DNA of 13,080 bases from a virus (IMGVR_UViG_2563366976_000005); one strand, 5' to 3'. Numbered from the stretch's first letter, positions 1-7,778 are shown. Numbers and translations: made by a program. Notes: generated by a model not told the origin, from the letters alone.

Positions 1-1284
1 TTACTTCTTCGCCTCTGCAACCACTTTACTACCCACGCCGCGGTTATTGTATTCCCACATGCGGTTGTAGTTAGTGTCATTCAGATTGCGCTGTATTTCG
101 TCGTTATCATCTACGCTGCCGGTATTACCCGCAAACGGACGATTAGAGATCACCGCATCGGCCCACGGTTTAGCCGTGTTAAAACCTTCGTTGATGGCGC
201 TATCACGGATCACCACCTGACCGTTGGTATTGGCATCAACATCCAGCGAGCGGCCCAGTTGCGCCACACCATCACCGAAAGCATTGAAACGGCTGTTTAC
301 GGCGAGGAAACCGTAGTAAATGTTGGACAGCGTAGCCGGTGCAAACACATACGCTTCTTGCTGAGTACGTGAGTTCACCACGCGGAATTCGGTGTTATCG
401 AACACCACTGCGCCGCGACCAGAAACGATATCCACATCCCCTTCAATGTAGCTGTTGGTCACCAGCGTACGCGGCTGACGATTCGTTTCCAGACGGTTCT
501 GCACACCGCTGTTGGTGACAAAGAAGGTGTTCTGACGACCGAGAATGTTAACGTTGTTAATCTGTACCTGGTCACCATCAGTACGCAGTGCCACCGCCGG
601 ATGGTTACCTGCATCTACGCTATCGCCCAGCGTGTTTTCGATGGTCAGATTTTGCAGTTGCAGGCCATTGTTTTGTGACCAGAAGACCGCAGAGCAGAGA
701 ACACCGATACTGTCGCTGCGTTTGCTCTGGCAGCTATCGTACATATACCACGCTGGTTTACCTGGCATATATTTGCCGCGCGGGTTGACGTCGTGACGCC
801 AGTCGGCAGGGCTCATGCCACCATCAAGGGAAAGCCCAATCTTCACATCAATCGGTTTTTCACCTGTACCGTACAGAGTAATTCCACCCGGAGCGGCAGG
901 GACATATACCGTTCCCTGATACTCACCAGGCATCACGGCAATATACTGGCGCTTGTTGGTACGCTTGATAATTGCCGCATCTACCGCCGCCTGAATCGTG
1001 GTATGCGTTACACCTTGAGTGCCCGCCGGGCCGACAACAAAGTCAGGTTGCGCAGGCAGGGTAATCGGGGAAGGATTCCACGCTGCAGCACCTGGTGTCA
1101 GGGATGCAAAATAGTGTTGAGCATCGAAATTCTGCGCTTCTTTTGCCGACAGAATCGGGCGAGAAGAGGTACCAGGCGCGGTTTGATCAGAAGGACGTTG
1201 ATCGGGCGGGGTTGAGCTACAGGCGGTCAGCGTCACGCCAAAAGCCAATGCCAGCGCCAGACGGGAAACTGAAAATGTGTTCAC
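1..1284 (-). CDS. ybhC: Host outer-membrane lipoprotein YbhC (pectinesterase-like / acyl-CoA thioesterase family), complete, GTG start
   Basis: 427-aa ORF with signal peptide and lipobox (LTAC); the sequence matches E. coli YbhC as I remember it; it lies immediately outside the phage att core, as at the chromosomal lambda attB locus. GTG start read at 1284-1282. Confidence 0.85.
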   Translation of the reverse strand: MNTFSVSRLALALAFGVTLTACSSTPPDQRPSDQTAPGTSSRPILSAKEAQNFDAQHYFASLTPGAAAWNPSPITLPAQPDFVVGPAGTQGVTHTTIQAAVDAAIIKRTNKRQYIAVMPGEYQGTVYVPAAPGGITLYGTGEKPIDVKIGLSLDGGMSPADWRHDVNPRGKYMPGKPAWYMYDSCQSKRSDSIGVLCSAVFWSQNNGLQLQNLTIENTLGDSVDAGNHPAVALRTDGDQVQINNVNILGRQNTFFVTNSGVQNRLETNRQPRTLVTNSYIEGDVDIVSGRGAVVFDNTEFRVVNSRTQQEAYVFAPATLSNIYYGFLAVNSRFNAFGDGVAQLGRSLDVDANTNGQVVIRDSAINEGFNTAKPWADAVISNRPFAGNTGSVDDNDEIQRNLNDTNYNRMWEYNNRGVGSKVVAEAKK

Positions 1285-1317
1285 AGGTTGCTCCGGGCTA
1301 TGAAATAGAAAAATGAA

Positions 1318-1417
1318 TCCGTTGAAGCCTGCTTTTTATACTAAGTTGGCATTATAAAAAAGCATTGCTTATCAATTTGTTGCAACGAACAGGTCACTAT
1401 CAGTCAAAATAAAATCA
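1318..1417. other. attL (B-O-P') junction of a lambda-type integration: host arm, core, phage P' arm with Int arm-type and IHF sites
   Basis: Core-like gctttttatactaa at 1331-1344, preceded by host-type ttgaagcctg and followed by the lambda P' arm (aagttggcattataaaaaagcattgcttatcaatttgttgcaacgaacaggtcactatcagtcaaaat). Arm-type motif gtcactat and IHF-like tatcaatttgttg are visible. The int stop lies directly downstream. Confidence 0.85.
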
Positions 1418-2488
1418 TTATTTGATTTCAATTTTGTCCCACTCCCTGCCTCTGTCATCACGATACTGTGATGCCATGGTGTCCGACTTATGCCCGAGAA
1501 GATGTTGAGCAAACTTATCGCTTATCTGCTTCTCATAGAGTCTTGCAGACAAACTGCGCAACTCGTGAAAGGTAGGCGGATCCCCTTCGAAGGAAAGACC
1601 TGATGCTTTTCGTGCGCGCATAAAATACCTTGATACTGTGCCGGATGAAAGCGGTTCGCGACGAGTAGATGCAATTATGGTTTCTCCGCCAAGAATCTCT
1701 TTGCATTTATCAAGTGTTTCCTTCATTGATATTCCGAGAGCATCAACATGCAATGCTGTTGGGATGGCAATTTTTACGCCTGTTTTGCTTTGCTCGACAT
1801 AAAGATATCCATCTACGATATCAGACCACTTCATTTCGCATAAATCACCAACTCGTTGCCCGGTAACAACAGCCAGTTCCATTGCAAGTCTGAGCCAACA
1901 TGGTGATGATTCTGCTGCTTGATAAATTTTCAGGTATTCGTCAGCCGTAAGTCTTGATCTCCTTACCTCTGATTTTGCTGCGCGAGTGGCAGCGACAGGG
2001 TTTGTTGTTATATGGCCTTCAGCTATTGCCTCTCGGAATGCATCGCTCAGTGTTGATCTGATTAACTTGGCTGACGCCGCCTTGCCCTCGTCTATGTATC
2101 CATTGAGCATTGCCGCAATTTCTTTTGTGGTGATGTCTTCAAGTGGAGCATCAGGCAGACCCCTCCTTATTGCTTTAATTTTGCTCATGTAATTTATGAG
2201 TGTCTTCTGCTTGATTCCTCTGCTGGCCAGGATTTTTTCGTAGCGATCAAGCCATGAATGTAACGTAACGGAATTATCACTGTTGATTCTCGCTGTCAGA
2301 GGCTTGTGTTTGTGTCCTGAAAATAACTCAATGTTGGCCTGTATAGCTTCAGTGATTGCGATTCGCCTGTCTCGGCCTAATCCAAACTCTTTACCCGTCC
2401 TTGGGTCCCTGTAGCAGTAATATCCATTGTTTCTTATATAAAGGTTAGGGGGTAAATCCCGGCGCTCATGACTTCGCCTTCTTCCCAT
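1418..2488 (-). CDS. int: Tyrosine integrase, lambda Int type (356 aa)
   Basis: 356-aa ORF beginning MGRRRSHERRDLPPNLYIRNNGYYCYRDPRTGKEF, matching lambda Int in sequence and length as I remember it; its 3' end lies in the P' arm of att; it overlaps xis as in lambda. Confidence 0.96.
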   Translation of the reverse strand: MGRRRSHERRDLPPNLYIRNNGYYCYRDPRTGKEFGLGRDRRIAITEAIQANIELFSGHKHKPLTARINSDNSVTLHSWLDRYEKILASRGIKQKTLINYMSKIKAIRRGLPDAPLEDITTKEIAAMLNGYIDEGKAASAKLIRSTLSDAFREAIAEGHITTNPVAATRAAKSEVRRSRLTADEYLKIYQAAESSPCWLRLAMELAVVTGQRVGDLCEMKWSDIVDGYLYVEQSKTGVKIAIPTALHVDALGISMKETLDKCKEILGGETIIASTRREPLSSGTVSRYFMRARKASGLSFEGDPPTFHELRSLSARLYEKQISDKFAQHLLGHKSDTMASQYRDDRGREWDKIEIK

Positions 2489-2684
2489 TTCTGATCCTCT
2501 TCAAAAGGCTACCTGTTACTGGTCGATTTAAGTCAACCTTTACCGCTGATTCGTGGAACAGATATTCTCTTCCATCCTTAACCGGAGGAGGGAATATCCT
2601 GCATTCGCGCACCCATCGACGAACTGTTTCAAGGCTTCTTGGGCGTCGCTGGCGAGCGTTCCACTCCTGAAGTGTCAAGTACAT
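2466..2684 (-). CDS. xis: Excisionase, lambda Xis type (72 aa)
   Basis: 72-aa ORF MYLTLQEWNARQRRPRSLETVRRWVRECRIFPPPVKDGREYLFHESAVKVDL..., overlapping the int start by 23 bp as in lambda. Confidence 0.94.
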   Translation of the reverse strand: MYLTLQEWNARQRRPRSLETVRRWVRECRIFPPPVKDGREYLFHESAVKVDLNRPVTGSLLKRIRNGKKAKS

Positions 2685-2708
2685 CGCAAAGTCTCCGCAA
2701 TTACACGC

Positions 2709-2731
2709 AAGAAAAAACCGCCATCAGGCGG
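2709..2731 (-). terminator. Candidate intrinsic terminator for leftward transcription, just upstream of xis
   Basis: Stem ccgcc(2718-2722)/ggcgg(2727-2731) with a 4-nt loop; on the - strand the hairpin is followed by UUUUUUC (complement of gaaaaaa, 2711-2717). Confidence 0.4.
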
Positions 2732-2900
2732 CTTGGTGTTCTTTCAGTTCTTCAATTCGAATATTGGTTACGTCTGCATGTGCTATCTGCGCCCACAGCA
2801 TCCAGTGGTTATAGCAGTCGCTGATGTTCTCGGCTTCGATAACTCTGTTGAATGGTTCTCCATTCCATTCACCTGTAACTCGGAAGTGCATTTATCATCG

Positions 2901-2960
2901 CCATAAAACAAAACTCGCCGTAGCGAGTTCAGATAAAAGAAAACCCGCACTCGGCGGGTT
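2901..2960 (-). terminator. Tandem pair of candidate intrinsic terminators for leftward transcription
   Basis: Hairpin A: aacccgc(2942-2948)/gcgggtt(2954-2960), followed on the - strand by UUUCUUUUAUCU. Hairpin B: aactcgc(2912-2918)/gcgagtt(2923-2929), followed on the - strand by UUGUUUUAUGG. Both are 7-bp perfect stems. Confidence 0.5.
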
Positions 2961-3239
2961 CGCATTCGTTCAAATTGCGTTTACTTCTTGGCGTTCTGTT
3001 CATCCATATCGATATACCATGGGTTGCTTCCCTTGGGCATGTTTAACGACTGCTCGCGATAGTATCTGATGCGCTCCATGAAATACTCGCGTGAGTGCTC
3101 AGGTTGCTCTCATGATACCTGCTCAGTGATAACAGGTATGTTAAGGCGCTCTCTGTACTCCATGCCTGATGCTGCAAGGTCAACGTTTACCTTGTTCTGT
3201 TTTTCTTTCGATTTCTCGGCGATGTTATGCCTGACATTG

Positions 3240-3524
3240 TCAACCCGCCTCCTTCTGAACATAACGGTTATAAATCAGTCCCTGAGGGCCATAAGGAAGC
3301 GGGATGTGCAACTCCTCTGGTTCAGAAACTATCCATTCCCCGGCCATCTCCGCTGGAGAGGTAATGATAAGTTGTTTGCTAATAAAAGGACCACTCCTCT
3401 CAACAACAAGCTTACCATCTTCATTAATAAAAGCTTGGATGTCAGGTGTGCTTCCACACTTGGTGATGCAGCGTTTGAACATTTTGTGTCCCCCCATTTT
3501 ATGGACGGGGTAATTATAACACAT
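3240..3524 (-). CDS. Small protein in the ea8.5 position (Ea8.5-like by synteny); start uncertain (ATG at 3524, or ATG at 3482 behind a GGGGGGA Shine-Dalgarno giving 80 aa)
   Basis: 94-aa ORF between xis and the accessory block, similar in size to lambda Ea8.5 (93 aa from memory). Called by position and length only; I cannot confirm sequence identity. Confidence 0.5.
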   Translation of the reverse strand: MCYNYPVHKMGGHKMFKRCITKCGSTPDIQAFINEDGKLVVERSGPFISKQLIITSPAEMAGEWIVSEPEELHIPLPYGPQGLIYNRYVQKEAG

Positions 3525-3608
3525 TGAAATATAGTAATATTTGACGTAGATTTCTTTTGATCTATAAGCGATTTTTTAATGCTTTTAAGTTATAAATACT
3601 TGTTTTCA

Positions 3609-4184
3609 TCACCCATCTTGCTGCGGTGCTACTATTGAAAAGTACTCACACCCTTTAGCCCAAATAGTTTTGATAGTTGTCCAACTGACTGGAACCTTGA
3701 TTTCGATTCTTCCGCTGCCGTCACAAGTTTCGCAATCATCATCACCAAAGCATTCCGGGCAGCTTATAAACGTAGTTTCTGAAAATTCACCGGATAGCAC
3801 ACCCTTAGCGCCGTTCTCAGCGGTTAGTTTCTTCGGCACTATAACCCAACCATCCGGAGTTACCGGAGAATTGCCATTTATATCGAAGTTTGGCTCTGCG
3901 TCCTGAACCAGGAGGATGTAACCATTCTTGGCAGTATCAAGTTCTAACGCCTCGGTGACGGTACCGAAATAGCGATTACCTAAATCCGCATCACAAGTGC
4001 TTACATCAATGGAAACCTCCATGCCTTCGATTAATTCTGGCAAGTTGTAAGTTTGGCTTACAGGTTCTGCTCCCAGTGATGCCAGTGCAATTCGTGCCAG
4101 TTCCATTTGTTCGCCACGAGTAAGCCCGTTTTCAAGCGGATTTTTAATGAACAATTCAATACGTTCTTTGGTAATAGTGGTCAT
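3609..4184 (-). CDS. Hypothetical acidic protein with a C-terminal CxxC-x5-CxxC zinc-ribbon-like cluster (191 aa)
   Basis: ATG at 4184-4182 behind AAGGA; starts 10 bp after the stop of the TGT/DpdA-like gene; rich in Asp/Glu; CPECFGDDDCETCDGSGR resembles a CxxCxGxG zinc-finger unit. No family recognised. Confidence 0.75.
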   Translation of the reverse strand: MTTITKERIELFIKNPLENGLTRGEQMELARIALASLGAEPVSQTYNLPELIEGMEVSIDVSTCDADLGNRYFGTVTEALELDTAKNGYILLVQDAEPNFDINGNSPVTPDGWVIVPKKLTAENGAKGVLSGEFSETTFISCPECFGDDDCETCDGSGRIEIKVPVSWTTIKTIWAKGCEYFSIVAPQQDG

Positions 4185-4194
4185 TTGTTAGTCC

Positions 4195-4950
4195 TTAAAC
4201 TGCTAGTTGCAATTGCATTTCAAAGCGGTCGCGTTGTTCACAATACGCAAGAGAACCAGGGCTATTGTGTGCCTCAATCCGTTCTACCATTAATGCTGCG
4301 CGTGTCTCTTTACTTGCAGGTGCATAAGCCCCAGACCAGGCTTTATCAATACCGATGTTTCGAGCGACGTTCGTACTATCTGCGCTGGCTAAGGGTAATT
4401 TTGTGAATATCAGCGGATTTAACATGCGCAATCCATGTAGTTTCGTAACCGGCTGACCATGCCCATCAACAATGTGACGAATCAGGTCTTTCATTCTGGC
4501 TACCGCAAGAGTTGGGCGCTTTACGTCATAGTCGCCACAACTACCGATAGCCACTCGCGGAAACTCATTGCACAAATGAATAAATCGCTCGTCACTTTCA
4601 TTCATGTGCCACACTGGAACGCCAGCTAGTTTTCCGTGAGGCCACTCATTCAGAAGCGCATCATTTTCCTCCTCTCCGCCATCAATAACATCCGGGATAA
4701 TGGCAAAATCGAATCCTGGGTGATTCTTCCAGCGAGCAACAAACTCGTAGTAATCGCTCCAGTCGATTTTGTTTTTGCCAGCTGCTTTCCAGGCGGTGAA
4801 TGCACCGTTGTCCAGCGCGAACGACTGACAGTATTCAGCCGCGAGATTGATCTGGCCTGAATGCGCAAAACTGATAAACGCATGTCGCCCTTTCCATGCT
4901 CTCATTGCGCACGTATCAGGAGTAATAGGCCCACCGTGGTAGTGAATCAT
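4195..4950 (-). CDS. tRNA-guanine transglycosylase (TGT)-superfamily protein lacking the C-terminal zinc subdomain; DpdA-like candidate 7-deazaguanine DNA transglycosylase (251 aa)
   Basis: Start chosen at ATG 4950-4948 (AAGGAG Shine-Dalgarno, 1 nt after the upstream stop) rather than the ORF-track start at 4992. Motifs line up with bacterial Tgt as I remember it: FALDNGAF vs TDSGGFQ, DFAIIPDVIDG vs DIVMIFDEC, KLHGLR...ASADSTNVARNIG vs YLMGVG...DMFDCVMPTRNARNG, with all three catalytic Asp positions retained. No CxCxxC...H zinc site. Confidence 0.7.
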   Translation of the reverse strand: MIHYHGGPITPDTCAMRAWKGRHAFISFAHSGQINLAAEYCQSFALDNGAFTAWKAAGKNKIDWSDYYEFVARWKNHPGFDFAIIPDVIDGGEEENDALLNEWPHGKLAGVPVWHMNESDERFIHLCNEFPRVAIGSCGDYDVKRPTLAVARMKDLIRHIVDGHGQPVTKLHGLRMLNPLIFTKLPLASADSTNVARNIGIDKAWSGAYAPASKETRAALMVERIEAHNSPGSLAYCEQRDRFEMQLQLAV

Positions 4951-4951
4951 C

Positions 4952-5359
4952 TCACTCTCCTTTGATGCGAATGCCAGTAGCGCGGATTGCATCGATGACT
5001 TCAGAAACTTTGTATGCCATTACCGTTTGGTAATCATCGTGAAAATCTGTTCGATGAAGCATGCTGCTACGTTCCGGGAGCAGTATTTCCCGCGCTTCCA
5101 GTTCTGCAATGCGCTTTTTTGCTGCTTCCAGTTCATCCAGTAATTCCAGCACGGTAGCCGGATTAGCCTTGGCAACAAAATCCCGGACTGGCTTACAATC
5201 AATCTCCGCAATGGGTTGATACGATGTGTAGCCATGCTGTCTTGTATAACTACCGTGACGAATAACGAAAAAATCACCATTTATTTTTTTAGCCTGCCAC
5301 TTATCTTCACCGGCTTTCTCTGCCGCTTCACGCAGTGCCTGAGAGTTAATTTCGCTCAC
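4952..5359 (-). CDS. Ea22-like (Ead/Ea22 family) protein, 135 aa, GTG start
   Basis: N-terminus MSEINSQALREAAEKA and C-terminus ...GIRIKGE resemble the conserved ends of Ead/Ea22-family proteins as I recall them. GTG start (5359-5357) overlaps the upstream TGA in a GTGA arrangement. Family assignment is from memory. Confidence 0.55.
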   Translation of the reverse strand: MSEINSQALREAAEKAGEDKWQAKKINGDFFVIRHGSYTRQHGYTSYQPIAEIDCKPVRDFVAKANPATVLELLDELEAAKKRIAELEAREILLPERSSMLHRTDFHDDYQTVMAYKVSEVIDAIRATGIRIKGE

Positions 5360-5577
5360 GTCGAACCTCTCTGTTTACTGATAAGCTCCAGATCTTGCTG
5401 GCAACTGGCACAAGTCCGACAACCCTGAACGGCCAGTCGTCTTCGTTCATCTATCGGATCGCCACACTCACAACAATGAGTGGCAGATATAGCCTGGTGG
5501 TTCAGGCGGCGCATTTTTATTGCTGTGTTGCGCTGTAATTCTTCAATTTCTGATGCTGAATCAATTATGTCTGCCAT
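5356..5577 (-). CDS. TraR/DksA-family C4 zinc-finger protein (73 aa)
   Basis: 73 aa with CCECGDPIDERRRLAVQGCRTCASCQ: two CxxC pairs spaced as in F-plasmid TraR / DksA C-terminal zinc fingers; the length equals TraR. Confidence 0.8.
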   Translation of the reverse strand: MADIIDSASEIEELQRNTAIKMRRLNHQAISATHCCECGDPIDERRRLAVQGCRTCASCQQDLELISKQRGST

Positions 5578-5624
5578 CTTTCATTAATCCCTGAATTGTT
5601 GGTTAATACGCTTGAGGGTGAATG

Positions 5625-5653
5625 CGAATAATAAAAAAGGAGCCTGTAGCTCC
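5625..5653 (-). terminator. Candidate intrinsic terminator (leftward) between the 93-aa ORF and the TraR-like gene
   Basis: Stem ggagc(5639-5643)/gctcc(5649-5653), loop ctgta; on the - strand followed by UUUUUUAUUAUU. Confidence 0.35.
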
Positions 5654-5675
5654 CTGATGATTTTGCTTTTCATGT

Positions 5676-5957
5676 TCACCGTTCCTTAAAGACGCCGTTC
5701 AACATGCCGATCGCCAGGCTTAAATGAGTCGGTGTGAATCCCATCAGCGTTACCGTTTCGCGGTGCTTCTTTAGTACGCTACGGCAAATGTAATCGACGT
5801 TTTTATCCGGAAACTGCTGTCTGGCTTTTTTGATTTCAGAATTAGCCTGACGGGCAATGCTGCGAAGGGCGTTTTCTTGCTGAGGTGTCATTGAACAAGC
5901 CCCATGTCGGCAAGCATAAGCACACAGAATATGAAGCCCGCTGCCAGAAAAATGCAT
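5676..5957 (-). CDS. Hypothetical protein occupying the lambda orf61 position (93 aa from ATG 5957, or 71 aa from ATG 5891)
   Basis: ORF directly downstream of the orf63-like gene but without the overlap I remember for lambda orf61; no recognisable domain. Confidence 0.45.
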   Translation of the reverse strand: MHFSGSGLHILCAYACRHGACSMTPQQENALRSIARQANSEIKKARQQFPDKNVDYICRSVLKKHRETVTLMGFTPTHLSLAIGMLNGVFKER

Positions 5958-5967
5958 TCAGTGGTTG

Positions 5968-6159
5968 TCATACCTGGTCTCTCTCATCTGCTTCTGCTTT
6001 CGCCACCATCATTTCCAGCTTTTGTGAAAGGGATGCGGCTAACGTATGAAATTCTTCGTCTGTTTCTACTGATATTGGCACAAACCTGACTCCAATTTGA
6101 GCGAGGCTATGTGCCATCTCGATACTCGTTCTTAACTCAACGGGAGATGCTTTGTGCAT
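5968..6159 (-). CDS. Lambda orf63-like small protein (63 aa)
   Basis: 63 aa; overlaps the orf60a-like gene by 28 bp, the same length and overlap I remember for lambda orf63. Confidence 0.55.
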   Translation of the reverse strand: MHKASPVELRTSIEMAHSLAQIGVRFVPISVETDEEFHTLAASLSQKLEMMVAKAEADERDQV

Positions 6160-6314
6160 ACAGCTCCCCGTTTATTATTTATCTCCTCAGCCAGCCGCTG
6201 TGCTTTCAGGGGATTTCTGATAACAGAAAGGCCGGGAAATACCCAGCCTCGCTTTGTAATGGAGTAGACGAAAGTGATCGCGCCCACCCGGATATTATCG
6301 TGAGGATGCGTCAT
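6132..6314 (-). CDS. Lambda orf60a-like small protein (60 aa from ATG 6314-6312)
   Basis: ATGA overlap with the exo stop; 60 aa, as remembered for lambda orf60a. The ORF track extends it 2 codons upstream to 6320. Confidence 0.55.
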   Translation of the reverse strand: MTHPHDNIRVGAITFVYSITKRGWVFPGLSVIRNPLKAQRLAEEINNKRGAVCTKHLPLS

Positions 6315-6991
6315 CGCCATTGCTCCCCAAATACAAAACCAATTTCAGCCAGTGCCTCGTCCATTTTTTCGATGAACTCCGGCACCATCTCGTCAAAACT
6401 CGCCATGTACTTTTCATCCCGCTCAACCACGACATAATGCAGGCCTTCACGCTTCATACGCGGGTCATAGTTGGCAAAGTACCAGGCATCTTTTCGCGTC
6501 ACCCACATGCTGTACTGCACCTGGGCCATGTAAGCCGACTTTATGGCCTCGAAACCACCGAGCCGGAACTTCATGAAATCCCGGGAGGTAAACGGGCATT
6601 TCAGCTCAAGGCCATTGCCGTCACTGCATAAACCATCGGGAGAGCAGGCGGTACGCATACTTTCGTCGCGATAGATGATCGGGGATTCAGTAACATTCAC
6701 GCCGGAAGTGAATTCAAACAGAGTTCTGGCGTCGTTCTCGTACTGTTTTCCCCATGCCAGCGCCTTAGCATTAACTTCCGGAGCCACACCGGTGCAAACC
6801 TCAGCCAGCAGGGTGTGGAAGTAGGACATTTTCATGTCAGGCCACTTTTTTCCGGAGCGGGGTTTTGCTATCACATTGTGAACTTCTGAAGCGGTGATGA
6901 CGCCGAGCCGTAATTTGTGCCACGCATCATCCCCCTGTTCGACAGCTCTCACGTCGATTCCGGTACGCTGCAGGATAATGTCCGGTGTCAT
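6311..6991 (-). CDS. exo: Lambda exonuclease (Red-alpha), 226 aa
   Basis: 226-aa [68 protein letters not shown]..., matching lambda Exo in sequence and length as I remember it; overlaps the bet stop by 4 bp. Confidence 0.96.
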   Translation of the reverse strand: MTPDIILQRTGIDVRAVEQGDDAWHKLRLGVITASEVHNVIAKPRSGKKWPDMKMSYFHTLLAEVCTGVAPEVNAKALAWGKQYENDARTLFEFTSGVNVTESPIIYRDESMRTACSPDGLCSDGNGLELKCPFTSRDFMKFRLGGFEAIKSAYMAQVQYSMWVTRKDAWYFANYDPRMKREGLHYVVVERDEKYMASFDEMVPEFIEKMDEALAEIGFVFGEQWR

Positions 6992-7773
6992 GCAGCCACC
7001 TTCTGCTCAGTGGCTTTCTGTTTCAGGAATCCAAGAGCTTTCACTGCTTCGGCCTGTGTCAGTTCTGACGATGCGCGAATGTCGCGGCGAAATATCTGGG
7101 AACAGAGCGGCAATAAGTCGTCATCCCATGTTTTATCCAGGGCAATCAGCAGAGTGTTAATCTCCTGCATGGTTTCATCGTTAACCGGAGTGATGTCGCG
7201 TTCCGGCTGACGTTCTGCAGTGTATGCGGTATTTTCGACAATGCGCTCGGCTTCATCCTTGTCATAGATACCCGCAAATCCGAAGGCCAGACGGGCACAC
7301 TGAATCATGGCTTTATGCCGTAACATCCGTTTGGGATGCGACTGCCACGGCCCCGTAATTTCTCTGCCTTCGCGGGTTTTGAATGGTTCGCGGCGGCATT
7401 CATCCATCCACTCGGTAACGCAGATCGGATGATTACGGTCCTTGCGGTAAATCCGGCATGTACAGGATTCATTGTCCTGCTCAAAGTCCATGCCATCAAA
7501 CTGCTGGTTTTCATTGATGATGCGGGACCAGCCATCAACGCCCACCACCGGAACGATGCCATTCTGCTTATCAGGAAAGGTGTAAATTTCTTTCGTCCAC
7601 GGATTAAGGCCGTACTGGTTGGCAACGATCAGTAATGCGATGAACTGCGCATCGCTGGCATCACCTTTAAATGCCGTCTGGCGAAGAGTGGTGATCAGTT
7701 CCTGTGGGTCGACAGAATCCATGCCGACACGTTCAGCCAGCTTCCCAGCCAGCGTTGCGAGTGCTGTACTCAT
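6988..7773 (-). CDS. bet: Bet (Red-beta) single-strand annealing protein, 261 aa
   Basis: 261-aa [67 protein letters not shown]..., matching lambda Bet as I remember it. Confidence 0.96.
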   Translation of the reverse strand: MSTALATLAGKLAERVGMDSVDPQELITTLRQTAFKGDASDAQFIALLIVANQYGLNPWTKEIYTFPDKQNGIVPVVGVDGWSRIINENQQFDGMDFEQDNESCTCRIYRKDRNHPICVTEWMDECRREPFKTREGREITGPWQSHPKRMLRHKAMIQCARLAFGFAGIYDKDEAERIVENTAYTAERQPERDITPVNDETMQEINTLLIALDKTWDDDLLPLCSQIFRRDIRASSELTQAEAVKALGFLKQKATEQKVAA

Positions 7774-7778
7774 CCGTT

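Noticed and set aside
545-1316. Four + strand ORFs (545..796, 588..788, 793..1215, 1095..1316) inside ybhC
   Set aside because: They are antisense to a well-supported 427-aa gene, have arginine-rich or low-complexity translations, and have no independent signals. Treated as shadow ORFs.
1285-1417. Possible tRNA gene at the integration site
   Set aside because: Many integrases target tRNA genes, but this is the lambda-type site between ybhC and the phage; no cloverleaf-compatible sequence or conserved tRNA motifs were seen.
1669-2192. + strand ORFs 1669..1866 and 1986..2192 inside int
   Set aside because: Antisense to the integrase gene; no Shine-Dalgarno sequences or promoters seen.
2783-2965. 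60-aa - strand ORF spanning the tandem terminator hairpins
   Set aside because: Its start lies inside a hairpin stem and the translation is low-complexity (RRVRVFFYLNSLRR); more likely the terminator region read as an ORF.
3069-3527. 152-aa + strand ORF antisense to the ea8.5-position gene
   Set aside because: Cys/Phe/Leu-rich low-complexity translation; it overlaps the better-looking - strand ORF and contradicts the leftward operon direction.
3525-3608. Rightward promoter-like hexamers (TTGAAA / TTGACG with TATAAG) in the AT-rich spacer
   Set aside because: They would drive transcription antisense into the accessory operon; AT-rich DNA gives chance matches and there is no downstream + strand gene. 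Not reported as a feature.
4951-4992. Upstream ATG (4992) for the DpdA-like gene, adding 14 residues
   Set aside because: It has no Shine-Dalgarno and overlaps the Ea22-like gene by 41 bp, whereas the ATG at 4950 has AAGGAG and sits 1 nt after the upstream stop.
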